DNA of 64,000 bases. Origin: Octopus sinensis (Eukaryota). Below are positions 1-12,401 of this stretch, piece by piece. Below the pieces are notes generated by a model. The model was given only the letters and a program-made list of their open reading frames with translations, ran no database searches and was not told where the DNA came from. Each line of letters opens with the position of its first letter. The first letter of the stretch is position 1. Location: positions 111,352,001 through 111,416,000 of the forward strand of contig NC_043001.1 of the NCBI RefSeq assembly GCF_006345805.1, given 5' to 3'. Both the position numbers and the translations under genes were made by a program.

Positions 1-304
1 ATATGTTACTGCACACAGAGACAGAATGGTCACGATAGAAAAGTCTTCCAGTTGAAATCTTGTACGTCAGAGATGGTATAAAACTAGGACTATGTTACAA
101 GAAAAGTGCAGGCAGAAACACCAAAAACTATTTGGGTTTATAACCACAAAATAAATACAAGGAATTAAGAACACCTATCGTTTAATATTGCAAGATATGA
201 ATATAATCTACATATAGATATATGCATTCACATATAGATAGTTACCTAGAAAGATGGCTGGGCAGTGGGCAGATGGATGTACATACGTAAACATATATAT
301 ATAC

Positions 305-347
<43 letters not shown>

Positions 348-941
348 AGAAAATAGGAAAAAACACAAGATCGCTTTACAGGATTTAAGAGTATATTAGA
401 GCCATGATAATAAAGATATAACATTTTGTACAAAATAAAGTAAAGACATAAGTGGAGCAATGTCATGTCCCGGGAATCACATAATATCGGATATCCATTG
501 CTGATTTATGCCCATCTTTTTATATTCGTAAATATAAGTTTTCTTTTTTGAATATGATTCCTCAGGAGTAGGATGAAGTTTTACGATATTTAAATTTGAT
601 TTCATTGATTTCATTTGTCGATAGATGTAGATATGTTTCCGTTGAAACTTAATACACTGCTTTACCTGTACGCAGTCACGTCTCGGGAATCGCATATTTT
701 CGAATATCCTTTGCTGGTTTTGTTCTTTCAACATAATTGGAGCAATACGAAACCGGTTCTTAAATCTTGCAAAACAAAACTTATGTGTTTTTACATCTTT
801 TCTCTTTCTCTATTTCTATCCAACGCGTGTGGTCTCCCCACTGAAACATTTTCTACCTTATATATATATATATGTTGAATCGCTAGCTTCTGCACGCATT
901 TTTTTCTCTCCTTGTTTCTCTCCGTGTTTCTTTTCTTTGTA

Positions 942-979
942 TCTTTCTGTTGAAGAGCGTAGGCTCGAAACGTAAAAGA
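942..979 (+). ncRNA. Minimal type-I hammerhead ribozyme motif (PLE-type), one core mismatch
   Basis: TCTTT-CTGTTGA-A-GAGC(GTAG)GCTC-GAAA-C-GTA-AAAGA: helix I TCTTT/AAAGA, helix II GAGC/GCTC, palindromic ACGT helix III, GUA site; CUGANGA is altered to CUGUUGA. Lies in a ~200 bp segment (873-1076) flanked by (TA)n on both sides. Confidence 0.65.
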
Positions 980-1075
980 CTTGTTTTATTTATATTCCTG
1001 AGCGCCATACTAATACAATTGTTTGTTTGTACTCCACCTGCCTTCGTCTTTTGTTTATTTTCATAAAGCTTCCCG

Positions 1076-1076
<1 letters not shown>

Positions 1077-1162
<86 letters not shown>

Positions 1163-1163
1163 T
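1077..1163. repeat. (TA)n followed by (GA)n microsatellite
   Basis: Directly visible perfect dinucleotide runs. Confidence 0.95.
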
Positions 1164-1298
1164 AGATTCAGATGAATAAGGTACTTAAGTTGAGACACTA
1201 GAATTTAGTACGGTACTATTCATACAATTTCAAAGTAAGGTGGTTAAAATCAACATAAGCAACAAGGATATCTGTACCGCATTACCTCTGGATATCCT

Positions 1299-1343
<45 letters not shown>

Positions 1344-1500
1344 TGGCAGGGCTGGCCTGCTAGGTAGCCGGCCAGAATGCTAGAAAAAGATCATCAACGA
1401 TCAAACTACAAGGGAAATTCTCTAGAGGAAGAATTCAGCGAACACCAGAACCAAATTTGGCGGGCAGGACATATGAAAAATTAAATAAAAAACAGACTTA

Positions 1501-1576
1501 AATGCATACCTCGGTTTCGGTCTTAACAAAAGAATTACTTGCATAATTCAAGTGTCCGTGACTTCTTCAGTACATT
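1501..1576 (-). ncRNA. Minimal hammerhead ribozyme motif (PLE-type)
   Basis: Minus strand reads AATGTA-CTGAAGA-AGTC...GACC-GAAA-CCGAG-GTA-TGCATT: 6-bp helix I (one G-U), intact CUGAAGA/GAAA, helix III ACC/GGT, GUA site; A-C mismatch at the base of helix II. The segment 1343-1853 is flanked by (TA)n. Confidence 0.65.
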
Positions 1577-2578
1577 CGGTCCTCGAGATGCAAACTGAAA
1601 GACTAACCCCAGCTCTCTGTGTCAAGACAGACACGTGCTTAGTCTTACTGATTACATCGGGAATAAAATTTCAAATGTCTTGGTTCTGGCGCGCTAAGAG
1701 ACTCCTGAAGCGAAGGGCTGCAGTGAATAATTCACTGCGGGTAATGCTTACAACTAGGGAACGTATTTATTTAAATATTTAAAAATTGAGGGAGATAAAT
1801 TAATATTAATTTTAATATCAATTTAAAACCAGTAGTCCAGCATTCAAAAAATTTATATATATATATATATATATATATGCATAAGTGTACACACAAACAC
1901 GCACACAAACACACGCACTGGCTCAATTCAATTCCGTTCCTTTCAATTAGTTAAATATCTAACTTACGAATTCGTTTTGTTTTCATTTGTCGGAGATCTT
2001 TCGTTGCTACTTGCATCCTTTCAATGACTATTGTCTTAAACCCTTATTGAGACAGCTGTCTTCTGTTTGAGATGTGTTGCCTGCGTTTTTGTGCGTGGCA
2101 GCATGCGCATATGCTTATGTATGTATGTATGGATGGATGGATGTATGTATAGGTGGATGGATGGATGGATTCTTTGTATTCGTGTGTTTGTATCTGTATA
2201 AAACGGGAAGCGTCGTCCACAGCATAAAGTGCATAGAAGGAGCTTTTAAGGACAGAAAACTCAATGGATTCACAGGATACGAGTTTTCTCTTCTACGGAT
2301 GTCATAAGCTCTAAGCTATCCTCATCTATATGTATGTATGTGTGTATATACGAGGAGTATATAATTATAGGCATGTACGTGGGTGTGCAGGCACGCATGT
2401 GTAGGTATGGACATGCGCGCTAACGGGAATACTATGAACATTTTTACTCCCTCGCCTTTACTCCCACCCCTCACCTAACGGTCATTCGAATAGCTCTTTT
2501 GTCTTAATAACGGTTAATCACACAGTAATTTCCCTTTGTATAACGGTCATTTTTCATAGCGTTTTTTCCGATGGCCGG

Positions 2579-2668
2579 ATAACTGAAGAGATGGCGGCAT
2601 GGGTTTCTGTCCCTACATCCAAAACTCGGAGTTCTCTCATGGCTACCGAATAATTCTCACATATTAAA
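2579..2668 (+). mobile_element. Degenerate PLE terminal repeat with hammerhead-like motif (same family as 42318-42530)
   Basis: ATAA-CTGAAGA-GATG...CATC-CAAAACTCGGAGTT...CCGAATAATTCTCACATATTA matches 42443-42530; GAAA is mutated to AAAA. Followed by (CA)n(TA)n. Confidence 0.6.
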
Positions 2669-2690
2669 TTTACACACACACACATATATA

Positions 2691-3227
<537 letters not shown>

Positions 3228-3716
3228 ATATATATATATACATCTGTATGTGTTTCTGTCAGTGATTATCCCACCACCACCACCGCTACAACCGGTGTTG
3301 GTGTGTTTACGTCCCCGTAACCTAGTGGCTCCAAAAAAGAAACCGACAGAATACGTACTAGGCTTTAAAAATATATCGCGGTCGATTTCTTCGGCTATAA
3401 GCGTTCAGGTCAGTGCCCCAGAATGGCCCCAGTCTAATGACTGAAGCACGTAAAAGATAAAATATAAAATATATATTGACCCCCGGTAAAATGAATGAAA
3501 GAAGAATTACTGAATGAAGGAAAGAGAAGTTCCCTGACTACATTTAGCAGCGGGTTACAGAAAGGTTGACCCTATAACGTGCTGAGTTATATGTAAAAGA
3601 GAAGGGCGCAGCGTTCCATGATCTTCATCACCAGTAGACATGACGCATGGAAAAAGAATATCTTGTCTGAACTATATCGCTTCCACAATTACGCACTTCA
3701 ACAGAAAATATATACA

Positions 3717-4130
3717 CTCTTTACTCTTTTACTTGTTTCAGTCATTTGACTGTGGTCATGATGGAGCACCGCCTTTAGTCGAGCAAATCTACCCCCAGGA
3801 CTTATTATTTGGAAGCCTAGTACTTATTCTATCGGTCTATTTTAGCCGAATCGCTAAGTTACGGGGACGTAAACACACCAGCATCGGTTGTCAAACGATT
3901 TGGGCGGGACAAACACAGACGCACAAACGTATACACACACATACATATATATACATATACATATATACGACGGGCTTCTTTCAGTTTCCGTCTACCAAAT
4001 CCACTCACAAGGCTTTGGTCGGCCGGTGGCTATAGCAGAAAACCCTTGCCCAAGGTGCCACGCAGTGGGACTGAACCCGGAACCGTGTGGTTCGTAAGCA
4101 AGCTACTTACCACACAGCCACTCCTACGCC
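3717..4130 (-). mobile_element. SINE family A, full length
   Basis: Reverse complement of the family A consensus, from head to (GAGTAAAA)n tail. Confidence 0.9.
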
Positions 4131-4818
4131 TATGGAAAGATTCAGCAGAAATTCGCTATTACCTTCTGCCGGAGACACGTGGAGCTTAGGTGTTTCGCTT
4201 ATAAACACACATATCGAGATTCGAACCCTAACCCTCGACCACGAGTCCGCTGCTCTAACCACTAGGCCATGTGCCTACGTTTACTCTTACCAAATCAAAG
4301 TCAAAATTCTAAGAGCAAAAATCTTCCCAGCTATCTAACAAAAGCTGTCCGTCACCTAATACCAGGGACGCATCGAAGGATTATAAAGCTACTCGGCATT
4401 ATTGAATCTCACAGGTTTCACTGTGACCACTTACAGAATTAGGTTTTAAACTCATTAAAATTGCTCAATTTGAGAGCTAGTAAAAAATCCTACATATCGC
4501 TGTGTCCTATTTCGCTTGAAAATTTAGACACCATGAAATAGGACAAATCTCAGTAATATGATGCATCATAGATTGCCAATCACTGATGGTAGGAAATTAT
4601 ACGATGAGAGAAATTTCTCCTGACCAATGCCGTTTTTGGTAACAGTGAACGAAGAAGCATATTATTTTAGATGTGACCCATATTTTATATTTCCCCTTTA
4701 AACATTTCAGTTTATGAAGACTTGTTTATGTGACATAGACTGTTAGCAGATGTTTTGCAAACCACATTAACACAATCTATTCCCATACACACACGCATGC
4801 ACATCTATATATTTATAT

Positions 4819-4850
<32 letters not shown>

Positions 4851-5397
4851 TCATAAACATAAACTAACGATTTTCCCATTCATTCACAGCCAGTCTCCGT
4901 ATGTCAAAGAACAGTATTAATAATTAATAACTATAGCACCTAGAAATTTAATTTGAATAAAACTATACAATATGGACACACGTATGGCATTGTGCTTGAG
5001 AAAAATTGTAAGCAAACAGGGTTTCAAGATCAGTCCCACTCATTAGTACTTGGGCAACCAAATTCTACTTATAACCCAGAGCCGACCAGTGAGTTTTGTG
5101 TGAATTCGAATGTGAGTGGTGTTATTCTGCGGAAAACTATTATTTATGTGTGCATGTATTTCAGTAATGTGTACGATGGGAAGCCTGTGTGTCTGTATCA
5201 TGCACCACATGGGAGCCAGTGTTTAAGTGATTGCTATAACGTACATTAGGCGTTCGGCAAAACTGTTTAATTAGTAGATTTAAAGTAAGCACTGGTGTGG
5301 ACTCGATTGCCCAATCCTTCATCGCAGAGCTACAATATGACCGCAATTATTTCCTGGATCAATTAAAAGTAATAAATAATTTATTATTTATTTGTGC

Positions 5398-5677
5398 GCC
5401 CTTTTTCAAGCCTAGCCAGCCTCATGGACCCGGTTTCTGTGGTGTATGTGTTCCTCCCAGCTGGACGGGAGGCCAGGCCATCGCAGCGTTACTCAAGAAG
5501 CAGGAAGAAAGAGTGAGAGAAAGTTGGGGTGAAAGAGTACAACAGGGGTCACCGCCACCCCCTGCCGGAGCCTCGTGGAGCTTTAGCTATTTTCGTTCAA
5601 TAAACACACACAACAACCGATCTGGGAATCGAAACCGCGAGTCCGCTGCCCTAACAACTGGGCCATTGCGCCTCCAC
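5398..5677 (-). mobile_element. tRNA-derived SINE, head B plus tail X
   Basis: Minus-strand head GTGGAGGCGCAATGGCCCAG..GGACTCGCGG..; body shared with 30110-30460, 56219-56472 and 57870-58153. Confidence 0.85.
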
Positions 5678-5944
5678 AATAAATAATTTAACTAAATGAT
5701 TTAACAATAATTCGAACAGGAGGATTCTATGTATTCCCTTATTCTGCGTATGCCCTAATTTCGGTGAAGGGGATTCAATCTAAAAGACACTGACCAAATT
5801 CAGTTAAGATACATAAAACAAAATATGAGCAACGCTTAAAACTATATATACACATAAACACAAACTCTCTCACACACAAACACACACGCATCCACACACA
5901 CACACATACATACATATATATGTCTGTATCTCTCTCCCGATTTC

Positions 5945-5976
<32 letters not shown>

Positions 5977-6001
5977 TATACATATATGTACTGTATGTAT
6001 G

Positions 6002-6054
<53 letters not shown>

Positions 6055-6228
6055 ATGTATGTATATATATATGTACTTATGTATGAATGTACGTATGTAG
6101 GTACGTATATATTATGCACGCTAGCGGAGAGACGCATGTGCGTGTATTCTAAATTATACTTTGGGCTTTCATATTTTTTTCCTTATCTCATGTCTTTTAC
6201 AATCTATTGGCTGCCCTAATGCTAAATT

Positions 6229-6425
6229 GGAGAGTTGTCCGAAAGGTCTATCGGCTGACCACGATATTTTCATGGAGTGTGACTAAATGAGGTTTATTTT
6301 TCAACATATTTTTCTTGTTGTCCCCATACTTCTTCCGTCGATGTGGCAATACTTGGATCCCTTTGGTAAAGAAACTTCCATCCTGTGGCTCAACAAATCA
6401 TCAACTGCAAATATGACGTCATCAT
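6229..6425 (-). mobile_element. mariner 3' end relic
   Basis: Minus strand encodes a decayed DDDVIFAVDD..FFTKGIQ..YVEK* transposase C-terminus followed by TIR-like sequence; homologous to 26298-26460. Confidence 0.75.
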
Positions 6426-6519
6426 CTAACGGGAGCAAATATGACGTCATTATCTATCGGGCGTAAATATGACGTCATCATGTATCGGGAGCAAATATGA
6501 CGTCGTCATCTATCGCGAG
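6408..6519. repeat. 4 x 28-bp tandem repeat, each unit carrying TGACGTCA/G
   Basis: Unit CAAATATGACGTCATCATCTAACGGGAG; TGACGTCA at 6414, 6442 and 6470, TGACGTCG at 6498. Confidence 0.9.
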
Positions 6520-6540
6520 TGCCGTCCCAATCTTTAACAA

Positions 6541-6680
6541 AGGGAAACAATTTTGTTGAGCCTCACCAGTAAAGTCCATGCTAGGCATTTTGAAAAGATA
6601 TGCATGGAAATTGTCAAGCCTAAGCTAAAATTGAAAGACAATGTGGCTTCTATGAATGAATCTGCAACGGACAGGCCCTC
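6541..6680 (+). mobile_element. RTE-clade LINE reverse transcriptase fragment
   Basis: LLSLTSKVHARHFEKICMEIVKPKL, then a frameshift to QCGF and ATD, resembling the RTE RT motif LLSxPGKVY..LE.R...IVEP....QCGF....TDQ. Confidence 0.5.
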
Positions 6681-7464
6681 GAGATATCGTTTCAAAATTG
6701 CCAACACCTGAAGAATGCAAACGTACGCATTTAAAGTATAATCATCCATTCATATAACTTTCTAATACACAGTAGTTTTCTTCCCTGTGTCTATAATTTA
6801 TGTCTTCATAACACATATTTTTCTTACCCCTTTTCTGTATCATCCCACTTTATCAGTTTATGTTGTTCCTTTATGTATTTCCCCTTCTTCTATATCTCGC
6901 TTTAAATCTGTAAATCTCATTTGTTTGTTTTTTCTCTTTCTCTGTTTCTCTTTCCAGTATTCTATATTTCATTGCTTTCGAAACCATTTCACTATCAAAA
7001 TAAATAACACATTTCTGATATTCTAACTCACAAAACTATTGCTACATGAAACATATTTGAACAACTTCATGGGATCGATCTCAGCCTGTTGTTGTTTAAC
7101 ATTTGCTGTGTCATGACCCGGCATATATGTGACCAAGGCCGTTCCAGCCTCGATCATTCATCCTTTTTTGCATACCAAGAACAGCCATTTATCATGTATC
7201 ATGTATAATACATATCCCTTTTTAATTTGTAGTATAATTGGAAAGAGATGTAGCTCTTATTTCTAGCACATTGAGCGACTCATTAAAGGCATCGTCCTTT
7301 ATCTCTTACTCGTTTTTTTTCGGGTGATAAAATGATATCTAAGAAGTCGAAATTTTAGAAAACTTATCTTAAACCATTCGTTCTTGGCTGAAAACCAATA
7401 TAGCATACAACTGCCAAAAGTCTTCAGTATCTGTGTGGGTGGAATGAAAATTCTAATGACATAG

Positions 7465-7515
7465 ATATGAAAATCAATTAAAACGATATGATTTAGAAAA
7501 CTCTAATTACTTCTG
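7465..7515 (+). CDS. Candidate small exon (51 nt, phase 2-2) of a YWTD-like beta-propeller gene
   Basis: ttctaatgacatag|ATATG...CTTCTG|gtgagt; open frame YENQLKRYDLENSNYF(W); weak pyrimidine tract. Confidence 0.3.
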
Positions 7516-7893
7516 GTGAGTTCTTCTGGCAGGTTGTCATAGACTTCCTATTCCACGCTGAATAGCTGGTCTTCACTTTATTATATTGATCATCATTTAC
7601 ATATTGTCATCGCATTAACAATACGTTTCATTGTCAGTCCTATTCAAGCCAGTAATATTTATATCTCTTTTTTGTTCTGTTGAAAGTTTTAAATTATATG
7701 CTAACCTCTAAAAATTCTCTATAATGGTTTAAGGAACAGTTACTATTCTAAACCTCATCGTATTTTATACTGAGAAGAACATGCAGATGCTGTTTTGGTT
7801 AGATTCATCTTTCCTCTAAATTGTATAGATAGAAATATTTATGTATATAGCGACCAGAGTGTGTGTTATTTCTTACCTATATTGCACGTTTAG

Positions 7894-7925
7894 GGTCTCC
7901 ATTTGCAAAATGTGCTTTCAAAACG
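7894..7925 (+). CDS. Candidate small exon (32 nt, phase 2-1)
   Basis: gcacgtttag|GGTCTCC...AAAACG|gtaccg; (W)VSICKMCFQN(G); bridges the phases of 7465-7515 and 10373-10406; donor is weak. Confidence 0.25.
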
Positions 7926-7936
7926 GTACCGTTAGG

Positions 7937-8150
7937 TTACTCTTTTACTCTTTTACTTGTTTCAGTCATTTGACTGCGGCCATGCTGGAGCACCGCCTTT
8001 AATCGAGCAACTCGACCCCGGGACTTATTCTTTTGTAAGCCCAGGACTTATTCTATCGGTCTCTTTTGCCGAACCGATAAGTAACGGGGACATAAACACA
8101 CCAGCATCGGTTGTCAAGCAATGCTAGGGGGACAAACACAGACACACACA

Positions 8151-8195
<45 letters not shown>

Positions 8196-8357
8196 GACGG
8201 GCTTCTTTCAGTTTCCATCTACCAAATCCACTCAGAAGGCTTTGGTCGGCCCGAGGCTATAGTAGAAGACACTTGCCCAAGGTGCCATGCAGTGGGACTG
8301 AACCCGGAACCATGTGGTTGGTAAACAAGCTACTTACCACACAGCCACTCCTGCGCC
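7937..8357 (-). mobile_element. SINE family A, full length, near consensus
   Basis: Complete head, core, microsatellite and tail on the minus strand with a (GAGTAAAA)n end. Confidence 0.92.
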
Positions 8358-8724
8358 TAATTGTTAATTGTTAGTAAATCATTTTAAGGGAAACGAAATC
8401 TTTAGCTCTGAGGCTAATGTGTTACACGACTGTGAACCTGATAACTCACCGTACATTAAGTTGCACAGATTTTACCTTCATCTCAAATATTTATAATGAT
8501 ATTACTGGACAATAAATATATATTTGTCTACTCATATTTTGAAGTATGCAGTTTTATGATCTGAATCTAATTGCTTCTAATTTTAAAATCGTCTGTATCA
8601 CATACAGTTTGAATGTTTTGACTAACAGGAAAGTCTGTGAATATGTCCACCGTAAACCTAAACTCTAAATATAACAGGAACCAATTCAAAGAAAAGAGCA
8701 TTTTTAAATCAACTCTAACCTTTA

Positions 8725-9343
8725 TACGATGGGAACACTGCATGCTTCACTCTATTACAAGGAAATATTGGTTATGAATTTAAACCTCTGGTCAAATGTT
8801 TTGAAAAGTGCCCATTCAGTATTTTATTACACGTTGTGTGTGTGTAGGGCAGATTTATTCAATATGAGACAATCGGTCTCAATTTGAAGGTGTTTGGCTA
8901 CAATTTGTTGCAGATCCAGCAGAAACGTAGGAACAATTTCATAGTTTTTGAAATAATAAATAGTTAAGATGGGGTGTAAAAGCTGATAAACTTTGGTTGG
9001 TTAATGTACGTAACAGGTGTCGATTAGCAAGCTAGCCTCGCACACAAACTGCAGTAAGCGTAGATTTGTGGAACACACTAAAGAATATGACAAAACTGTA
9101 AGTCAAACGTTCACAGCAGACGTGGAGTTCCTGAACACTGCTATCAATTAATCTGAGTAGAAGAGCACGTGTAGTTGTGGTGCCATATCATACATGGGTG
9201 TTGCATATGGAGCAGGAACAATGATGGCTGTTGTGTGTTCAGTGGCAGCGTGTTTCTTCTTAAAAACAAAATATGTTCGTCAGCGAGAATATTTCTATCT
9301 TGATGAAATTTTCAAAGACATCATTCCTGAGAATATTCTTTAG
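8725..9343 (+). pseudogene. Possible decayed intronless copy of a single-pass membrane protein gene
   Basis: 9161-9343 reads KSTCSCGAISYMGVAYGAGTMMAVVCSVAACFFLKTKYVRQREYFYLDEIFKDIIPENIL* (hydrophobic stretch then basic residues); upstream frames are mostly open with scattered stops (YDGNTACF.., GRFIQY..). Confidence 0.3.
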
Positions 9344-9915
9344 AATATGACCAAAGACATGCCAGTTTCGACCAGAACGCAGCCATAAGTTACCTTTCAA
9401 TTATTACATAATATTTTTAGATTATAATATCTTTTAAATTATACTTGTTCCGCTACTAGACTGCGGTCATGCCGAGGTACAGCCTTAAAGAGTTTTAATC
9501 CGGCAATTCGACTGCAGTACACTTTTTAAAGCCTTGTGCTTATTCTATCAGAATATTTTGATGAAACGCTAAGTTACGGGGACATATACAAAGCAATATC
9601 AATTTTAAAGCAGTACTGGATTCCAAAAACACCCACGCACACACACAGATATCTATATAAAACCCTCGATTCAATAGCACTGTGTACAAACTCTATACTT
9701 GGAATGACCAACTTTAAATACTATTGGAATTTACAATGACCGATTTTAAATAGTTTTGGAATTCACTCACAAGGTATTGGAATCTTATATGTATAACATT
9801 CTGCCTCAATAATGAATCCACAAATGCAATATCCCTGCATATTTTCATTCCTCCACTTCACTCTCTATTTCGTATCTTATCTAAATTAACTATTGTTTAA
9901 CCATTTTCTTAAACC

Positions 9916-9963
9916 GTCTCCGATGAAGGGATGTAATAAATGTCCTGGAAACAGTTGTAAGAC
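9916..9963 (+). ncRNA. Degenerate minimal hammerhead motif (PLE-type)
   Basis: GTCT-CCGATGA-AGGGA...TCCT-GGAAAC-AGTTGT-A-AGAC: helix I GTCT/AGAC, near-palindromic helix III, core U4>C. Confidence 0.5.
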
Positions 9964-10372
9964 CTTCTATTTATAAATATTCTAAGATCTTCACAGCCTT
10001 GGTCGTTCGACTAAAACCCTCGAAGGTGGTGCCCCAGCATAGCCACAGTAAAATGGCTGAAACAAGTAGAAGATAAAAGGGAAAATGTGTGATTTCATTA
10101 AACAGGACTGTCTTTAAGGATTTCCAGGAACTTTCTATAGCACGGGGGCGTTATGCAACGCAAATAATAGGCCCATGCTGGATGAGACATTTTAACGAAA
10201 TTATAGATGATAATCTTGTTTTATTCAGTTAACATGCAGGGTGGTTCTTTGTTTCTTAAATATAAGGTTTCAAAAATGATACTCATTGAAGAGGTGTGTG
10301 AACCTACAACATTTTGAGAACCACTGATATAGAAAATTAACTCTTTTTCTAAACATCAAACTTTTGTTAAAG

Positions 10373-10406
10373 GAGTTGTGCGTCTAAGCTATAAATTACA
10401 GAAACC
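10373..10406 (+). CDS. Candidate small exon (34 nt, phase 1-2), YWTD-like repeat
   Basis: cttttgttaaag|GAGTTG...GAAACC|gtaagt (consensus donor); (G)VVRLSYKLQK(P). Confidence 0.5.
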
Positions 10407-11008
10407 GTAAGTTACTAGATAAATTGCTTTGCTTCGATTAGTTGTGTACTTTCACATTCCCACTTGTTTCAATTCCGCTACGGTTGACTTTGCCATTCGC
10501 CCGTCATGTCTTCACAAAACCTGTTAGAAATCAATTTCCTATTGTTTTCAGAAGATAACGTATCGATGTAGTAAAATAAACATCAAATATGGTTACCAAC
10601 AAACTCTCAAGTGTTATTACAGCGATGTTTGTCGAAGTTATATATTAAAATAATCTTTCAGTTAGCGCTATGAATAGAATTTCTGATTAGATTATAATTC
10701 ACAATAATTTAATGACCCATTTGTTATTATTCAATAAATCATCAGAAATATTTGACGCAAAAGCAATATTGTTATTTTATTACATCATTGACTTGTATAA
10801 CCTTCTCTGACACAAATAATGTGAAAAAGTATTATCGAGCAGTACAAATTAGAGGTGCGTTTATATCGATATTTCCAGACTTAAAGAAGTGAAAACTTTG
10901 TAAGATTGCAATGCAATCATTATTGTAACGAAATGAAGGGAGTAATGAGATGCCCACCCATGTCGAACAGTTGAGTAGGAAGTATGAAATTTTTTCTGGC
11001 ATTTGCAG

Positions 11009-11055
11009 ACATAAGGTGTATATTGACCACCAAACAAGAAAGTTATTCTTCACTG
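11009..11055 (+). CDS. Candidate small exon (47 nt, phase 2-1), YWTD-like repeat
   Basis: ttttttctggcatttgcag|ACATAAG...TTCACTG|gtaaga; (P)HKVYIDHQTRKLFFT(D) resembles the LDLR class B pattern P-x-x-h-x-h-D-x4-L-Y/F-W/F-T-D. Confidence 0.55.
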
Positions 11056-12084
11056 GTAAGAGATAACATCAGAAATATATATCAGGAAGTGTTTCCTCGA
11101 TTGGAAAAACCTCAGATTAAAATATTAGTGCAAAACTGGTTTCAAATTTTAGCACATGAACAGCAGTTTCAGAAGAGGGAGTAAGCCGATTACATCGACC
11201 CCTGTTCACAACTAATATTTCTTTTATCAACCTGGTGGAATTTGAACTCAAAATGTAGAGACGGACGAAATGTTGTTAAACATTTTGTCAGCCAGCTCGT
11301 CGCCTTATATTGGTGTAATAATTAAGCTAACACTTCCATTCCTTCAAAGCAATTAATAGTAGAATCGTGAAAGGGTTAGCTGGGATATTTATGGTATTTG
11401 TTACGGTTCTCTGTTTCCTGGGTCCAAATACCTTCATGGTTAACATAATTTATCTTAGCGAGATCGATAAGGCAGTGAGCTAATGAGCAAAACAAAAGAA
11501 TGTTTGATCACGAGAAGCAAATTATTTGTGAATCTTATTCAGCGACAAATTGCAGAACCGTTTCTCCCGCACCCGAATGACTACAATACGACATAAGTAA
11601 TTTCATAGTAACTAAAGTTATTTCAACTGAAAGTTAAATGTAATCTCGGTATGCGCATGGCAAATATAAAAGAACTCTACACCAGAACACACAAGCAATA
11701 TATAATTAAATTATAACGTTTATATGAAGCACATACTTATTAGATTGGCGTTAATATATCTCAGGAAAACATAGAATTATCGTTATGTTCATTTAGACAC
11801 GAAACATAGTCACATGAACACACATTAATACAACATGCGGATACCTCAGAGGAGGGAAATTAATTTGCCGTGACGAATATCGATATCATCGAAAATAAAC
11901 CGGATAGTAAATGAATAAAAGATATTTTTCTTCAACTTGAACATGTTCCGAAGTAACATCCGTGATAAAAGCAAACTGTTAAAGTTTGAGCAAGTGATTC
12001 ACGTAAAAGCGAGCGTGAAATTTCAGACCAGCACCACACTAACTAGAAAGGTGTGCAAACCGAATGAAATGCAGATACGCATGT

Positions 12085-12150
12085 GTGTATATGTATATAT
12101 ATATACTTATATGTATGTGTGTATGTATATATAAATACATATATATATAC

Positions 12151-12203
<53 letters not shown>

Positions 12204-12254
12204 TATACATACGTATATAAATATGTATATATATATATATGTATATATAATATG

Positions 12255-12285
<31 letters not shown>

Positions 12286-12401
12286 GTATATATATAATAT
12301 ATATATATATTATATATATATATATCCATGTGTGTGAGTGTCGATGTATACATATATCATGTGTGTACTTATGTGTAATATATATATATATATATATATA
12401 T
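12085..12401. repeat. Degenerate (TA)n/(TATG)n tract
   Basis: Directly visible. Confidence 0.95.

Noticed and set aside
7425-7480. LCGWNENSND resembling a MAM domain start
   Set aside because: The frame closes immediately and lacks the upstream C-x-F-E and downstream DW.
10879-10899. 21-nt AG/GT-bounded segment (LKEVKT), phase-compatible with the candidate exon chain
   Set aside because: Including it breaks the P-x5-D spacing of the YWTD-like repeat; likely chance, though it could be an alternative microexon.
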